From a virus (taxonomy: Duplodnaviria > Caudoviricetes), in IMG/VR virus record IMGVR_UViG_3300034096_000310, positions 1 through 61,521 of that record: DNA of 61,521 bases; one strand, 5' to 3'. Below the pieces are notes generated by a model. The model had not been told where the DNA came from. It ran no database searches and worked only from the letters and a program-made list of their open reading frames with translations. This document shows, one piece after another, positions 33,901 through 42,553 of the stretch. Numbering within the stretch: position 1 is the first letter of the stretch; every line of letters begins with the position of its first letter. A program made the translations under genes and the position numbers.

Positions 33901-36509
33901 CTGCTAAGGGTCTACCTGATTGGGTTATATCACTGAAAGATTTTGCAGGTGGTACAAAGCAGATTGAGATAAGCAGAGCAGAGCTTACAATCCGCCAGTT
34001 AAAAGAGGTGGCCAAGAAGATTGGCTTCACAGACTGGGATATGTTTGCTGCTGCACTGAAGTCTATACCTCAGCCTATCCAGAAGCCTGTTGGTTCTGGT
34101 ACCGGTATGGTTGCCTTCAACCCTAGTGTCGCTGCTGCTGGCGCTCCTTATACTATACCTAATAGTCTTCTCCCACAAACCACACCTCCTGCTGTACAGG
34201 CGCTGCCGCTAGAGATCATTCCTTTTGTCTACAAGATGAGAGGGCAGATCGATGGTCTTACAAAGGATCTTATTGCTAGTGGTTATGTAACCCCCGAGCA
34301 GGCCGCCAAGTTAGAGTCTAACATTGGCCAGTATGTGAACAGGGCTTACCGTTTGTATAACGAGAAGGGGTGGAGACCTGATCAAGATCAGATCAGAGAG
34401 GCTACTAAATTCTTGGCTGATCAATACATCAAGCAACTGGCTACAGATAATGCTGGCGTACTGACTTACGAGCAGGTAGAAAAGCAGGCTATTGAGAAGG
34501 CTAAGCGTGATGTGAATGAGATTCTCGACAAGAAGACCAACCCATACTTCGCAGCCAAAAGCGAGTCGCGCAATATGGGAATTCTTAAAGAGAGAAAAGA
34601 TATACCAGAGCCTATCAGAAAACTGATGGGTGAGTATACCGATCCGGGTACCGTGTTTATCATGACTGTTGCTAAGCAGGCTGCACTGAAAGCCTCTAGC
34701 GAATACCTGACTAAGGTTAGAAACATGGGAATGGGTACACTCTTCTTTGAAGAGAGCGATCCTAATAGGCCCGCTTCTGCTAGTGTGCAGATTGCTGCTA
34801 AAGGTAGCGATACTAAGTCGCCGCTGAATGGATTGTATACAACGCCTGAAGTTGCTGAGGCGATGGAAACAGTTAACCCTACTTACAACGAAGTGGTTAA
34901 CCTGTGGATGAAGGCGGTTGGTGCGGTACGTTGGGGTAAGACAGTGGGATCTGTGAAGACACAGCTTCTGAACTTCGAATCTAACCTTGGGTTTGCTGTC
35001 ATGAACGGGCTGCTGATGACAGGCGCTACTGGTAAAGCTTTTAATGAATCTAGAAAATACATAGGTGGCCAGTATTCCAACAAAGAGCTGAGCGATGTTA
35101 CGCAGAAGGTAATTCAGTTGGGTCTGGTTGGTCAGGGTGTAAACGCTACTGAGCTGGCAAAGATGCTGGGCTCGGGGGATATACACGACATTGCTTTGGA
35201 TCTTGCTGTTAATCCTGACTCTAAATATAGAATGGCTAAGAAGGCGCCGGGTAAAGCTCTTGGTGTACTGAATAAGCTATACCGTATGGGTGATGACTTC
35301 TGGAAAGTCTACGCTTATATGAATGAGAGAGAGCTGATGGCTGGTACTATGTTCGATAAGAAGTATGCAGACCTGACTGATCAAGAGCAGGCTGATGTGG
35401 ACATTGAGTCTAGTGAGAGAGTGAAGAGTACATGGCCAACCTATGACAGGGTATTCCCTGCTGTTAAGGGCATCTCTCAGAACGCCCCCATCTTCGGTAA
35501 CTTCATCAGCTTCCGTGCTGAGTCTATCCGTGTGCTGGCAAATACAATTGCCATGGCTATTAAGGATCTGAAGACTCCGGGATTCGAGGGTATTGGTGCA
35601 CGCCGTATGGCAGGTATTCTTTCTTACATCGCTATTAGAACTGGCGTTACGTATGCCTTTGCACAAGCTGTAGGTATGGCTGCATCTGGTCTTACTGGAC
35701 TTATGTTCGGGGGAGACGATGAGGAGGAGCGTAAGAAAAGAGCTTTCAAGCAGGCGGCTCCATCGTTTATGGCAACGCAAGACTTGGCTGTTCTTCCAAC
35801 AAAGGATAAGCACAAGTTTGTTGTGTATAGTCTTTCTGGTATCGACCCTTATAATACTACGTTCAATACCCTTAATGCGCTTACTGATGGTACGGCCACT
35901 ATGAAGCCGGGACCTGCAGCTGCGTTTTCTGAATTCTTCGGTGGGTTCCTCAGCCCTGAGATGACCTTTAATACAGCTTGGTCTGTTCTTACTAATACGA
36001 ATCCAAAGAACGGGGACAGAATTGTTGGGGATACCGACGAGGGTGCTGATTCCTATGCTAAGATCGGGGCTTATCTGTTTGATGAGTTAAAGCCTTCTAC
36101 GATTGGGATGGTGCAGCGTCTTGCCGGAGATAACCCAGCTGCCGAGCTTTCGTCTTTGGTGGGCGCCAGACCTTACGAGGTTGACCTGCACAAGTCCTTC
36201 TCCTTTGCCATGAGCGATATGGCTAAGCAGATTGAGGAGATTAATAGGGCTTACAACAGGGTGAAGTATAACGAGAAGTCTACAAACGATGACAAGGTAA
36301 TTGCCCAGAAAGAGGCAGAACAGAAGAAGGCTTTGCTGATCGAGCGCATGAACCAGCGGTTTAATGACTACATCCTGATCGGGGCTGACCCTAATGAGCT
36401 GAAGAAGATTGTACTTGAGCGGTCACAGATTAAGACCACCGGCTTTGACAAGGGGACTAAGTTCGGGATTATCACAGGTAAAGTAAACCCAGAGTCACTT
36501 TATAAATAA
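27975..36509 (+). CDS. Giant polyvalent internal virion protein (2844 aa)
   Basis: Coiled coils, hydrophobic hairpin, DUF3293-like segment (MLTGQNP...DFAKEFQQDSV), zincin HEASH...DEAVVE, ART-like FYHYS...MYYT. Confidence 0.7.
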   Translation: MDEKQLQALFNEMKSKLELGDFATFKNQIGSDEKFRKAFYTEASNNLELGDFNAFEESFKKKVSTTPSAKPAPVSGPAPAPASPSKSPSPSGLTYNDIELVIEDTRKKARRLQDLKESPGSSAGIGAPGIIIPKPTLDLAAQELQLAEKKKKEVLTRYQNELSRPVERLIETGEYKGFFTQDGVFDEAKARNYFKKVTQKFGGGSHLQDQWLVNLKTRGQQEIDKPRFNQILGEEMKNQNLDLTQYSTQVFNQLTQQQRATADSLKKERDTEALKLLNSAEAKAKQYAEELNKAVNSLNDQIKAGLITNEAAAAAYDQLVKQYETTIKGIDNGYKDAIRRMNVRINGKFDRIEQEVKAINASIDGDKVMQSLPPDVRKRLETAYQNAGQRLSTEKNEARKKLDIVTGIGTTDAVSRTVNLALKGLTSGFNRGLAEVGEYLNMKGLSGSFVDALRNRRTAAETFAPAQYEWNKDEWLKRAVSSTATSLGASVPILLPTIGAVALTGGGAAGALAAGALSFAGESAQIGGGQFREGLEETGDVGAATQRAEEVMRQNMITAPLSFIGGLGDVMITTGKGLSKVATGIALEQVEEIPTEYIQSFNEAKARGYKKGIGDFIKENPEIAADTFISTVGQSGAMKGITSAFSVFQKNVPASTTQMLTDAVSKNGIEFTNGLIDKWFEAGKINEKTVAKLKAEVTKIQSQLPKLQEAGVDGDKAKLMSSLSSQSQELQNKINAEKDPAVKALYQNQLNVINQDISQLVKGETPYVVFTLPGGGEMTRVMTVREFNALPAESSNDMVKNSDGIQVVGDDALNTQLTQKKQELGVPEAAPGVFTQAPAGQELSITETKPAEQIEKKEAIKQKNEFITDTDFVQEAFTPEEDAADREALPESQFQTEEELSNFLETGEYAMLTGQNPEAIPLSKEANRRLNEKAQQWLSSRGLTAVPIFGKYGNSERSFMVPGMTKQQAIDFAKEFQQDSVAHSSGLVYQDGSFNPRTEGVDLSQRFDQGGDFFSTINVGGKKVDFSINYDFDTKVQPMKPIADRLRTEIFGDTKQKVDSAQKALEKTGVVINMVADPAEFDSRVAQLGGQRGMEGVFLSDTGEILINQQKLDQGIADGRVIWHEASHPVVNIVRNTNPQLFGQVVAGLRQAAADNKGVAGALAWAESQYAQDGQGTIDDEAVVETIAGIAEGMIDITKLPTGLKQSIIDLINRIARALGFDQVLDDTDIAAFKNLASDIANALTTGQDISELVGAENVKEYLNTVETPGLVTGGELATAAQARITTEPAVSVYDSKEVSALPQKSLEEVYNQFDGKAVVINSDPTRVGELTLPSGKKIFMYGGPAYLSIKDNVDANVGFATTQTSKVNTWIKYVKEVFGDNPGVTLVASQAPTSILSNSYALRYVMDAISMLPKSVLRSSDFKNEFFGKDLVLLKDAFGEKAYNEFVNKYKKADLSDPKVIDDMIAEMGYKVGDDNKPASFKARGAFVSNLVGGIADKASLKGVEGDKGYVSKKPNKYIAKQLMDRLGVNAEKIMREIGEPSLVDLYMNEGNWGFAVAGFETDPNMTVEAVQQGGVKHPLFNAKFPGKNAFILDGAYELNKMFTPVEIIGPSGMPYTKTAAQMLAGSMYVKGQPLAEGGSFEYVRTSPAGRRIQEIRGNLVADAGLDNKMASDDQGNYIFYHYSDRKLKSISPSKFGKNLATGRDERPGIGISMYYTRPDVLEVGVPSDYGYAVRVPEQSVYPFNEDPLDLLPAAEQEFNKKFPGQAFDLNKQVAFVTQEAAKRGYPMTVAEWNIKGTKALRAQTTEEFKPEVYRELVPGTTNQYKFNPELDKFKPNRKGRIQASRGNRMESSKDFKLAAFVMREKADGASISEIVSGIASVFPNMSPQEIKDLVDDPETWLRNKYANLSKAMQDNLIARARVKNIYATRTGAIAPAFQGLEVPMSKIEEATQAPTFKERVDKVFTNFKNKFIDPAKGLPDWVISLKDFAGGTKQIEISRAELTIRQLKEVAKKIGFTDWDMFAAALKSIPQPIQKPVGSGTGMVAFNPSVAAAGAPYTIPNSLLPQTTPPAVQALPLEIIPFVYKMRGQIDGLTKDLIASGYVTPEQAAKLESNIGQYVNRAYRLYNEKGWRPDQDQIREATKFLADQYIKQLATDNAGVLTYEQVEKQAIEKAKRDVNEILDKKTNPYFAAKSESRNMGILKERKDIPEPIRKLMGEYTDPGTVFIMTVAKQAALKASSEYLTKVRNMGMGTLFFEESDPNRPASASVQIAAKGSDTKSPLNGLYTTPEVAEAMETVNPTYNEVVNLWMKAVGAVRWGKTVGSVKTQLLNFESNLGFAVMNGLLMTGATGKAFNESRKYIGGQYSNKELSDVTQKVIQLGLVGQGVNATELAKMLGSGDIHDIALDLAVNPDSKYRMAKKAPGKALGVLNKLYRMGDDFWKVYAYMNERELMAGTMFDKKYADLTDQEQADVDIESSERVKSTWPTYDRVFPAVKGISQNAPIFGNFISFRAESIRVLANTIAMAIKDLKTPGFEGIGARRMAGILSYIAIRTGVTYAFAQAVGMAASGLTGLMFGGDDEEERKKRAFKQAAPSFMATQDLAVLPTKDKHKFVVYSLSGIDPYNTTFNTLNALTDGTATMKPGPAAAFSEFFGGFLSPEMTFNTAWSVLTNTNPKNGDRIVGDTDEGADSYAKIGAYLFDELKPSTIGMVQRLAGDNPAAELSSLVGARPYEVDLHKSFSFAMSDMAKQIEEINRAYNRVKYNEKSTNDDKVIAQKEAEQKKALLIERMNQRFNDYILIGADPNELKKIVLERSQIKTTGFDKGTKFGIITGKVNPESLYK

Positions 36510-36516
36510 GTACCAT

Positions 36517-36981
36517 ATGTTAACAGATGCACAGATCAGGACCAAGTATGGAGAGCCCGGGGACTACGATAACTTCGTTTCGTTTCAGACCCCCTTCCCG
36601 ATGCGTATAGCGTGGGATCTCAAACAGACGGTCACTAAGATAACATGCCATAAAGAGGTCAAGGATAGGCTTGAAAATGCGTTTAAAGAGATTCTAGCCC
36701 ACTACGGTTTACAGAAGGTAAAGGAACTGGGGATTGACCTGTTCGGTGGTTGCGTGAATGTGCGCACCATGAGGGGCTCAAAAACCAAGTGGTCCCGCCA
36801 CGCATGGGGTATAGCTATTGACCTAGATCCAGCACGTAACACATTGAAAATGAAGTGGTCACAATCTAACTTCTCTAAACCTGAGTACGCCAAGATGCAC
36901 GAGATCTTTGAGGCCAACGGCTTTATCAATTACGGCAAGGTTCGGGGGTTCGATTCTATGCACTTTGAAACCGCCATATAA
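36517..36981 (+). CDS. Endolysin, M15 family Zn peptidase
   Basis: SRHAWGIAIDL and DSMHFE motifs. Confidence 0.85.
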   Translation: MLTDAQIRTKYGEPGDYDNFVSFQTPFPMRIAWDLKQTVTKITCHKEVKDRLENAFKEILAHYGLQKVKELGIDLFGGCVNVRTMRGSKTKWSRHAWGIAIDLDPARNTLKMKWSQSNFSKPEYAKMHEIFEANGFINYGKVRGFDSMHFETAI

Positions 36982-36993
36982 TAAATTTGCAGC

Positions 36994-37893
36994 ATGTCTT
37001 TATTCAACGTCTTCAATAACAACAAGCCCAAGGAGGACCCCGAGCGCCCCCTAGTTCGTAAGTACGCAACCGCTAAGCTACCCGGATCTGACAAAAGACT
37101 GGTGGATGTTTCTAGGGACGTGGCCAAGAAGTTAAAGATGGACCCCAATATGCTAGCCTCTAGCTTTTTGGTGGAGGGCGGAAATGAAATCTTCAGAGAG
37201 GACGGGTTCCCTATATCTACAGCCTATGACGTAGCATCCAGACGCGGTGACTTTGATCAGGGTGAGTATATGGCTGACGCTTTCTATGTGGCCGGACTTG
37301 ACAACTGGGGAGACATAGCGCCTAGACTTAAGAAGAAAGGATACATACCAGAGAATCTAGACTACCAGCTTTACCCAGCTTGGAATGAGGCGGTGGAAAA
37401 GAACATCGTGAAAAGAGATTCTAAGGGGAATATAACACAGTACGTAATGCCAGAGAAGTTGGTACGTACAGCCTACGAAGGGCAGGGGGATGAGCAGATT
37501 GCTGCTATTGAAGAAATAAATAAATCACTATCCAAGAAGGGCATCAAGCCCAACCAGACTGCGGCCTTTAGAAACTACGAGGATATGATCCTAGCTAAGG
37601 GGGCCTTTCTCCGAGAGTTCCAAGATCAGGTCGAAGACTACGCCAACAAGAAGGGTGTGAAGATGTCTGATGAGGAGAAGAACTACCTGACTATGTCTGC
37701 CTATAACGGCGGTATGGGTACTGCTATGGACCTTATCGATATGATGAAGTCTGGTAGTAAGGTGGTGCAGACCGGTGGCAAGAACGTAGCCGCACACAAA
37801 AATGTAGGCAAGCGCCTAAAGTATATGGGCTTTATGGGTGATCTGTTTACCCCAATGCCAGCTACTGGGTCTATCCAATCAGCTACTAGGTAA
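36994..37893 (+). CDS. Lytic transglycosylase-like protein
   Basis: SAYNGGMG motif and candidate catalytic E in FLVEGG; preceded by TAAATTTG (36982-36989). Confidence 0.5.
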   Translation: MSLFNVFNNNKPKEDPERPLVRKYATAKLPGSDKRLVDVSRDVAKKLKMDPNMLASSFLVEGGNEIFREDGFPISTAYDVASRRGDFDQGEYMADAFYVAGLDNWGDIAPRLKKKGYIPENLDYQLYPAWNEAVEKNIVKRDSKGNITQYVMPEKLVRTAYEGQGDEQIAAIEEINKSLSKKGIKPNQTAAFRNYEDMILAKGAFLREFQDQVEDYANKKGVKMSDEEKNYLTMSAYNGGMGTAMDLIDMMKSGSKVVQTGGKNVAAHKNVGKRLKYMGFMGDLFTPMPATGSIQSATR

Positions 37894-37983
37894 TTCATCT
37901 TACGTGAGATCTAAAAACAAGGCGGCAAAGTTTACAGTGAGAAGGATAGGAGATACGGCGATAAGGGTGTGGAGAATAAAATA

Positions 37984-38007
37984 AGAGAGGGCTAGAAAGC
38001 CCCCTCT
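37984..38007. terminator. Hairpin at the convergence of + and - transcription
   Basis: AGAGAGGGCT-AGAA-AGCCCCCTCT. Confidence 0.45.
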
Positions 38008-38053
38008 GGTTCATGTTGGTTTGGTTGTACTATCATGAGCAAGATCCGTGCCA

Positions 38054-38551
38054 CTACTCTTGGGCGAACCATACATTGGCTATCCCCTTGTAGATACTGA
38101 CACCCATCCTGACAAACGGTCGGTCCCATCCCTTTTCTAGAATGACATTTCTGTGGGGCGTGGATGCTATCCATCCGTCAAAGGCGTCCTTTGGCGTTAT
38201 CTTAAAGTCTTTGGGCTGTAGCATATATGATATCTCATACCCCCGAGCTTTCATCCCAAGCAGCTCTTTGGGTTTGTTGTACATGATGTGCCACTGGTCG
38301 TTCTTACCTTCCGGTATACAACCCCCAGTCCAGAACTTGGAGAATGACCAAGTATGCAGGCTGCAGGGGTTGTCTATATCGAAGTGAAAGTACATATCTA
38401 TGCTGTGCGTCTCCGCCACATATGATAGAGAGTCGCAGTAGCTAAGGGCCGTCTTCCCGTTTTTAATCCTGTACTCATTAATCTTATTAAAAAGCCTGAT
38501 CTCTTCCGGCTCGGGAGTGTGGAGAAGTAATAGTATTAATGATAGTATCAT
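38054..38551 (-). CDS. CAP/SCP-domain protein with N-terminal hydrophobic signal
   Basis: INEYR..NG...L, AETHS.DM, W.AS.PHR.VIL, MGVSI. Confidence 0.8.
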   Translation of the reverse strand: MILSLILLLLHTPEPEEIRLFNKINEYRIKNGKTALSYCDSLSYVAETHSIDMYFHFDIDNPCSLHTWSFSKFWTGGCIPEGKNDQWHIMYNKPKELLGMKARGYEISYMLQPKDFKITPKDAFDGWIASTPHRNVILEKGWDRPFVRMGVSIYKGIANVWFAQE

Positions 38552-38676
38552 AGTTCGTTGATTAGGTTTTCTAATTCTTTTAGTGTCTGGCCAAGGACGA
38601 TCCCGATCTTCAGGTTATCGCCCTCCTCTATAGCCTTTGCTAGGGCTATGTAGATTTGCTTAAGATTTTCTTTCAT
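38548..38676 (-). CDS. Small hypothetical protein (42 aa, MKENLKQIY...)
   Basis: Read directly from the sequence; ATGA overlaps at both ends. Confidence 0.55.
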   Translation of the reverse strand: MKENLKQIYIALAKAIEEGDNLKIGIVLGQTLKELENLINEL

Positions 38677-38867
38677 CTGTTTTTTGTTGGTGTGCGAATA
38701 GCTGTTACTGATGCTGTCTTTTCTATCTTGATATCCTTAAAGCAAAGTTCCCCCGAGCATGCAGGGCAATTGAACTTCTGCTTGTGGACATCACTGTCCC
38801 ACACATACTCTTTTAATTTTGCGCCACACTTACATCGGTATACCCGAGGGAATAGTTTGTTTGCCAT
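38673..38867 (-). CDS. Zn-ribbon protein
   Basis: CKC and CPAC. Confidence 0.6.
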   Translation of the reverse strand: MANKLFPRVYRCKCGAKLKEYVWDSDVHKQKFNCPACSGELCFKDIKIEKTASVTAIRTPTKNR

Positions 38868-38869
38868 GT

Positions 38870-39502
38870 TTATTTTATTAAGTTCATTACTACAGCTACG
38901 GTTTGCTTTAAAGCTACCAGATCAGATACGTTGGCGATCTTTATGTCAAAGTCCCATCCATCTAGAGCCGTCTCAGATGGGTGGTTGTTAACCGGCCTTA
39001 CCCCAGATCTGTCTATGCGGATTACATATCCACCACTATCCTTGATAGCTTGAGCCTCGTTAGGGAACCTACAGTCTGTGAAGATCCAATTAGGGTAGTC
39101 TTCTATCGGGCTACCATTGGCATCTCTTCCTATGAACTCTTTCTTGTACCCAGACATAGCGGCGTTAACCCAAGCATTTTGGTGTAGACCTTGACGTACT
39201 GCATCTGTGCCTAGCTTTTGTAGGAACTCCCGAACCGACATCATCTTCATAAACCTTACGTCATCGAATACTACATCTAGTGGAGTGCCAATCTCCGTGT
39301 GCCATTCTTTACCAAGAAATGATTCCTTGAATTTTTGGTCCTCGAACTTGTGCTCTGGTATACCGGTCAGGATACTGGCGATCTTTTTCAATGGCCCTGA
39401 GAACTTCACTATCCTCCAGTTCTTCTCTGGTTGCAGTTCTTGTATGAGTCTTGCCACAGTATCTTTCCCCCCGGTGGCATAGGAGCTGAGCCCTAGTATC
39501 AT
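38870..39502 (-). CDS. Deoxynucleoside monophosphate kinase
   Basis: GLSSYATGGKDT P-loop, FSGPLK, REFLQKLGTD, TDCRFPNE, HPSE. Confidence 0.9.
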   Translation of the reverse strand: MILGLSSYATGGKDTVARLIQELQPEKNWRIVKFSGPLKKIASILTGIPEHKFEDQKFKESFLGKEWHTEIGTPLDVVFDDVRFMKMMSVREFLQKLGTDAVRQGLHQNAWVNAAMSGYKKEFIGRDANGSPIEDYPNWIFTDCRFPNEAQAIKDSGGYVIRIDRSGVRPVNNHPSETALDGWDFDIKIANVSDLVALKQTVAVVMNLIK

Positions 39503-39795
39503 ATTGATTTGATTAAATTGTTTTGCCTTAACTGAAGTTTGTCTTTGTAGTTGTAGAGAAGTAGCGCCAGTATTTGTACTTGCTCATCATACCCAAACGC
39601 TATTTTCTTACTGCCGAAATTTATTGTCACCCCGTTCCCATCATCTACCATCGTGGCCACCCTTTCTCCGGGCTTAGTCCATGACGGGTTGTTCGACCTG
39701 CTTAGATAAACTTCGCCAAGCAGATCCACTAAATCATATTCGTAATTGTTTACCTTACCATCGTTGTTTTCGTTGGTCCATACTTGATACTCCAT
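39499..39795 (-). CDS. Hypothetical protein
   Basis: Likely start MEYQVW at 39795; the upstream extension overlaps a structured element. Confidence 0.55.
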   Translation of the reverse strand: MEYQVWTNENNDGKVNNYEYDLVDLLGEVYLSRSNNPSWTKPGERVATMVDDGNGVTINFGSKKIAFGYDEQVQILALLLYNYKDKLQLRQNNLIKSI

Positions 39796-39901
39796 GTTGT
39801 GTAGTTTTAAATTAAAAAAGAGGGGAGGCATACAGGTGCATAACGCGATGCAGCATTTACCGTCACGTGCCGGATTTCTCTGGCTCACCTCCCCGGGTTA
39901 A

Positions 39902-40123
39902 TTAAAAGGGCAACTTCTCTTCTGCTTGCGCAGGGGCAGGCGTGTATACCTGCAGATACGGTTTGCCTTCCTTGCTTTTACGCAGGGTTACATTAACCCA
40001 ACCCTTCTCGTTTAGGTTGTCTGTCAGCTTCTGAATGTCATCAGCTGTGAATCCGATACGGGTTTCTAACTCACCGAATTTGTTCGTCGCTTCGGTAGTG
40101 CGACCTACATAGATTTTCTCCAT
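39902..40123 (-). CDS. Small ssDNA-binding-like protein
   Basis: Beta-rich core with acidic EEKLPF tail. Confidence 0.55.
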   Translation of the reverse strand: MEKIYVGRTTEATNKFGELETRIGFTADDIQKLTDNLNEKGWVNVTLRKSKEGKPYLQVYTPAPAQAEEKLPF

Positions 40124-40125
40124 GG

Positions 40126-40266
40126 TTACTTGATTTTAATTGTGAACGTATATTTGATTAATCCGAACTCTAGTGTAAACTCTTTGTGACTTTGACAGTA
40201 GACGATGACTATAACCGGGAACAGGATATAGTCTTTGTGTTTTTCAAGGCTGGTGGTGATGGTCAT
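40126..40266 (-). CDS. Small hypothetical protein (46 aa)
   Basis: Fills the gap and is coupled to its neighbours. Confidence 0.4.
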   Translation of the reverse strand: MTITTSLEKHKDYILFPVIVIVYCQSHKEFTLEFGLIKYTFTIKIK

Positions 40267-40607
40267 ATTATTTTGTTTTGGGTTAGCATTTCGATGATCT
40301 CTTTGAAGTCCTCTATACTCATGGCCACAATAGTGCCCTGACGGTTGCGCTTATGGAATACGACATTGTAGTTCTGGTCTACTGGCATTTCACCCAGCAC
40401 CTTTTGCATGCTGCCGAGATTCTCTACCGCCTTACACTGCACATTGAATGGATCGGTAAAGCACAGGTCGATACCTTGGTCGTCTTTGTTTTTAGACTCA
40501 GATCGGGAGGATACACACTTATCCCATCCTAGCTCTTTGAACCAGTCTCGGATCTGTAGTTCAAACCCGTGTCCTTTTTTCCTTGCTGATCTACCCCTTG
40601 TTGCCAT
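40263..40607 (-). CDS. Holliday junction resolvase (Hjc-like PD-(D/E)xK)
   Basis: KG..FE, GIDL, VQCK, FHKRNR. Confidence 0.8.
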   Translation of the reverse strand: MATRGRSARKKGHGFELQIRDWFKELGWDKCVSSRSESKNKDDQGIDLCFTDPFNVQCKAVENLGSMQKVLGEMPVDQNYNVVFHKRNRQGTIVAMSIEDFKEIIEMLTQNKII

Positions 40608-40911
40608 ACTTTTTGTATATCATTTTAGCTTTTACCAATTCCACTATCGTGTCCCATTCAACCTTATGATGGAAGGCGGTCTTGTAAAACTTGTTAGACT
40701 TCCACCTGTCCTGCATATAAAAGATCTCTTGGTCAGGTACTATATCCTCTTCTTTCGCCAGCTCTACCAAGTTCTCCCCGTCCTCTTCCAGACTCCAGAC
40801 CTTCAGATAGCCCCCACGGTTTGGCACATAGTGACCACTATACAGTTCCTGCTTGGATGAACTTGTTATAGTCGACCGGCTGGTGGATGAACTTCGTTTT
40901 GTCCTTGCCAT
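40591..40911 (-). CDS. Hypothetical protein (true start probably downstream of 40911)
   Basis: Fills the gap between helicase and resolvase. Confidence 0.45.
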   Translation of the reverse strand: MARTKRSSSTSRSTITSSSKQELYSGHYVPNRGGYLKVWSLEEDGENLVELAKEEDIVPDQEIFYMQDRWKSNKFYKTAFHHKVEWDTIVELVKAKMIYKKYGNKG

Positions 40912-42553
40912 CGTTTATTGGTTGAGTAGGTATGTATCTTGAATTAGAGATGTCGTAGGTGAAATAGTCTATTGCTTCCTGACCAGAGAAGCGGAACCTG
41001 ATCTTCCAAAAGTGTATCTCCGTCTGCTTGGTCTCCCTGTTTCTATACACCGTGATGCCTACATCGGGGGCGTTATAGTAGTGGGAGCTGTCGCCTACGT
41101 CATACCCAGTCGGCACTTCGTATACAGCCTGCTTGACCTTGGTTAACTTCTTGGGGTGGGCTACTAGCCAGATGTGGATGCCCTGTTCACGGGCAAATGC
41201 TCTGAGATCTCGCATCATGTTGCCTATCTGGTTGTGCCTGTTGTCCCCCGAGCCGGCGATCTGTCGCTCAACTGTACTCATGTTATCGATCACAAGACCC
41301 CTGATCCCATAGCGGCGCACCATCTCTTCTGCCTTCTTCATGATCGCCTCGATAGTACCATCCTCGCTGAGCTTGTAGTACTTGAAGTGCTCGTTCAGAA
41401 ATGGCGTGCCAGACGCAACCTCTTCTTTGGATATGCGTACTGTATTGGGCGCATTGAAGAATGACTTTCCGGTTCTAATTGATATTAGGTCGGTCATAGC
41501 GAAGGTGGCATTGGCTTCCTCAGCAGAGTACAACAGGTACGACCATCCGTGTCTGTCCGCCAGCCTGACCAGCAGATTCTTTAGCCACGTTGTTTTACCG
41601 TGTCCGGGGATGCCGGTGATGAGTGTGACCATACCGGGGTGCCAGACAAAGTGCTCATCCATATTGTCCCAGCCTGTGTCGAATCCCTCTGGGTATCCCT
41701 GTTCCCACAGTCCGATGATGTCGCTCTCGCTGACCACGTCGATCCCATCCACAGGGAATGGCTCTGCGTTGTTGTAACATTCCACAAGCCTTTCCTTTCC
41801 GTGTTTGAGAAGCGTGTCGTTGGCGTCCTTCTCCGGCATGTTAACAATCCAGCAGTTCGACTTACCCAGTCTGCGGGCCAGCTCGTTGCGAAGACCGATG
41901 CCAGCCTCGTCTGTATCCGTTGCCAGATAGATCTTGCGGCCTTCAAGGAATGGCAGCATCTCCTCCAACCACTCAAGCTTTTGGTTACCCTTGCTCGCCC
42001 CGTTCGGTACACTGACAGCAGTCTTGATGCCAGCCTCATAAAACGATAGCGTATCAATCTCGCCTTCTGTAATGATGAGTTCAGTATCAGAGTTATCGCT
42101 TGAAACGTCAATCCCATACAGGCTAAGCATAGCGCCAGAGACAAGCTTAAACCTCTTCTGGCTATCTCTATACTTGATGTTAACCAGTTCGCCATTTAGG
42201 TAGTAATTAAAGTTGATGCATCTTGATTCACCATCACCCATGTATTGAACAGACTCGGTTACCTTATAGCGCAGCAGGGTTTGATTTGTAATCCCCCGAC
42301 CTGCAAACCAGTCTATCACTGGCTGTGATAAAACCTTGTGTTCTTCAACAGGCTTGGTGTATTCTTTCTTAACCTTGACAGTTCCGGACCAACCGCAGTT
42401 GTGGCAATTCCATACTCCTTCCTCGACATTCACGGACAGGCATGGGTCCTGCTTGTGCTTGCGGGAGTCAGAACACTTGGGGCATTTTGTCTTCACGTCC
42501 CCACGCGATCCGGGCCTGATGTTAATGCCATAGCGTTGGAGTTTTTCAAACAT
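40838..42553 (-). CDS. Primase-helicase (T7 gp4/Twinkle-like)
   Basis: CPKC...CHNC zinc finger, TOPRIM EGEID and DTDEAG, Walker A GIPGHGKT, LVAHP. Confidence 0.92.
   Translation of the reverse strand: MFEKLQRYGINIRPGSRGDVKTKCPKCSDSRKHKQDPCLSVNVEEGVWNCHNCGWSGTVKVKKEYTKPVEEHKVLSQPVIDWFAGRGITNQTLLRYKVTESVQYMGDGESRCINFNYYLNGELVNIKYRDSQKRFKLVSGAMLSLYGIDVSSDNSDTELIITEGEIDTLSFYEAGIKTAVSVPNGASKGNQKLEWLEEMLPFLEGRKIYLATDTDEAGIGLRNELARRLGKSNCWIVNMPEKDANDTLLKHGKERLVECYNNAEPFPVDGIDVVSESDIIGLWEQGYPEGFDTGWDNMDEHFVWHPGMVTLITGIPGHGKTTWLKNLLVRLADRHGWSYLLYSAEEANATFAMTDLISIRTGKSFFNAPNTVRISKEEVASGTPFLNEHFKYYKLSEDGTIEAIMKKAEEMVRRYGIRGLVIDNMSTVERQIAGSGDNRHNQIGNMMRDLRAFAREQGIHIWLVAHPKKLTKVKQAVYEVPTGYDVGDSSHYYNAPDVGITVYRNRETKQTEIHFWKIRFRFSGQEAIDYFTYDISNSRYIPTQPINDGKDKTKFIHQPVDYNKFIQAGTV

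Noticed and set aside
2174-36509. Stop-codon reassignment as in some crAss-like phages
   Set aside because: Long genes are intact in the standard code and no suppressor tRNA is visible.
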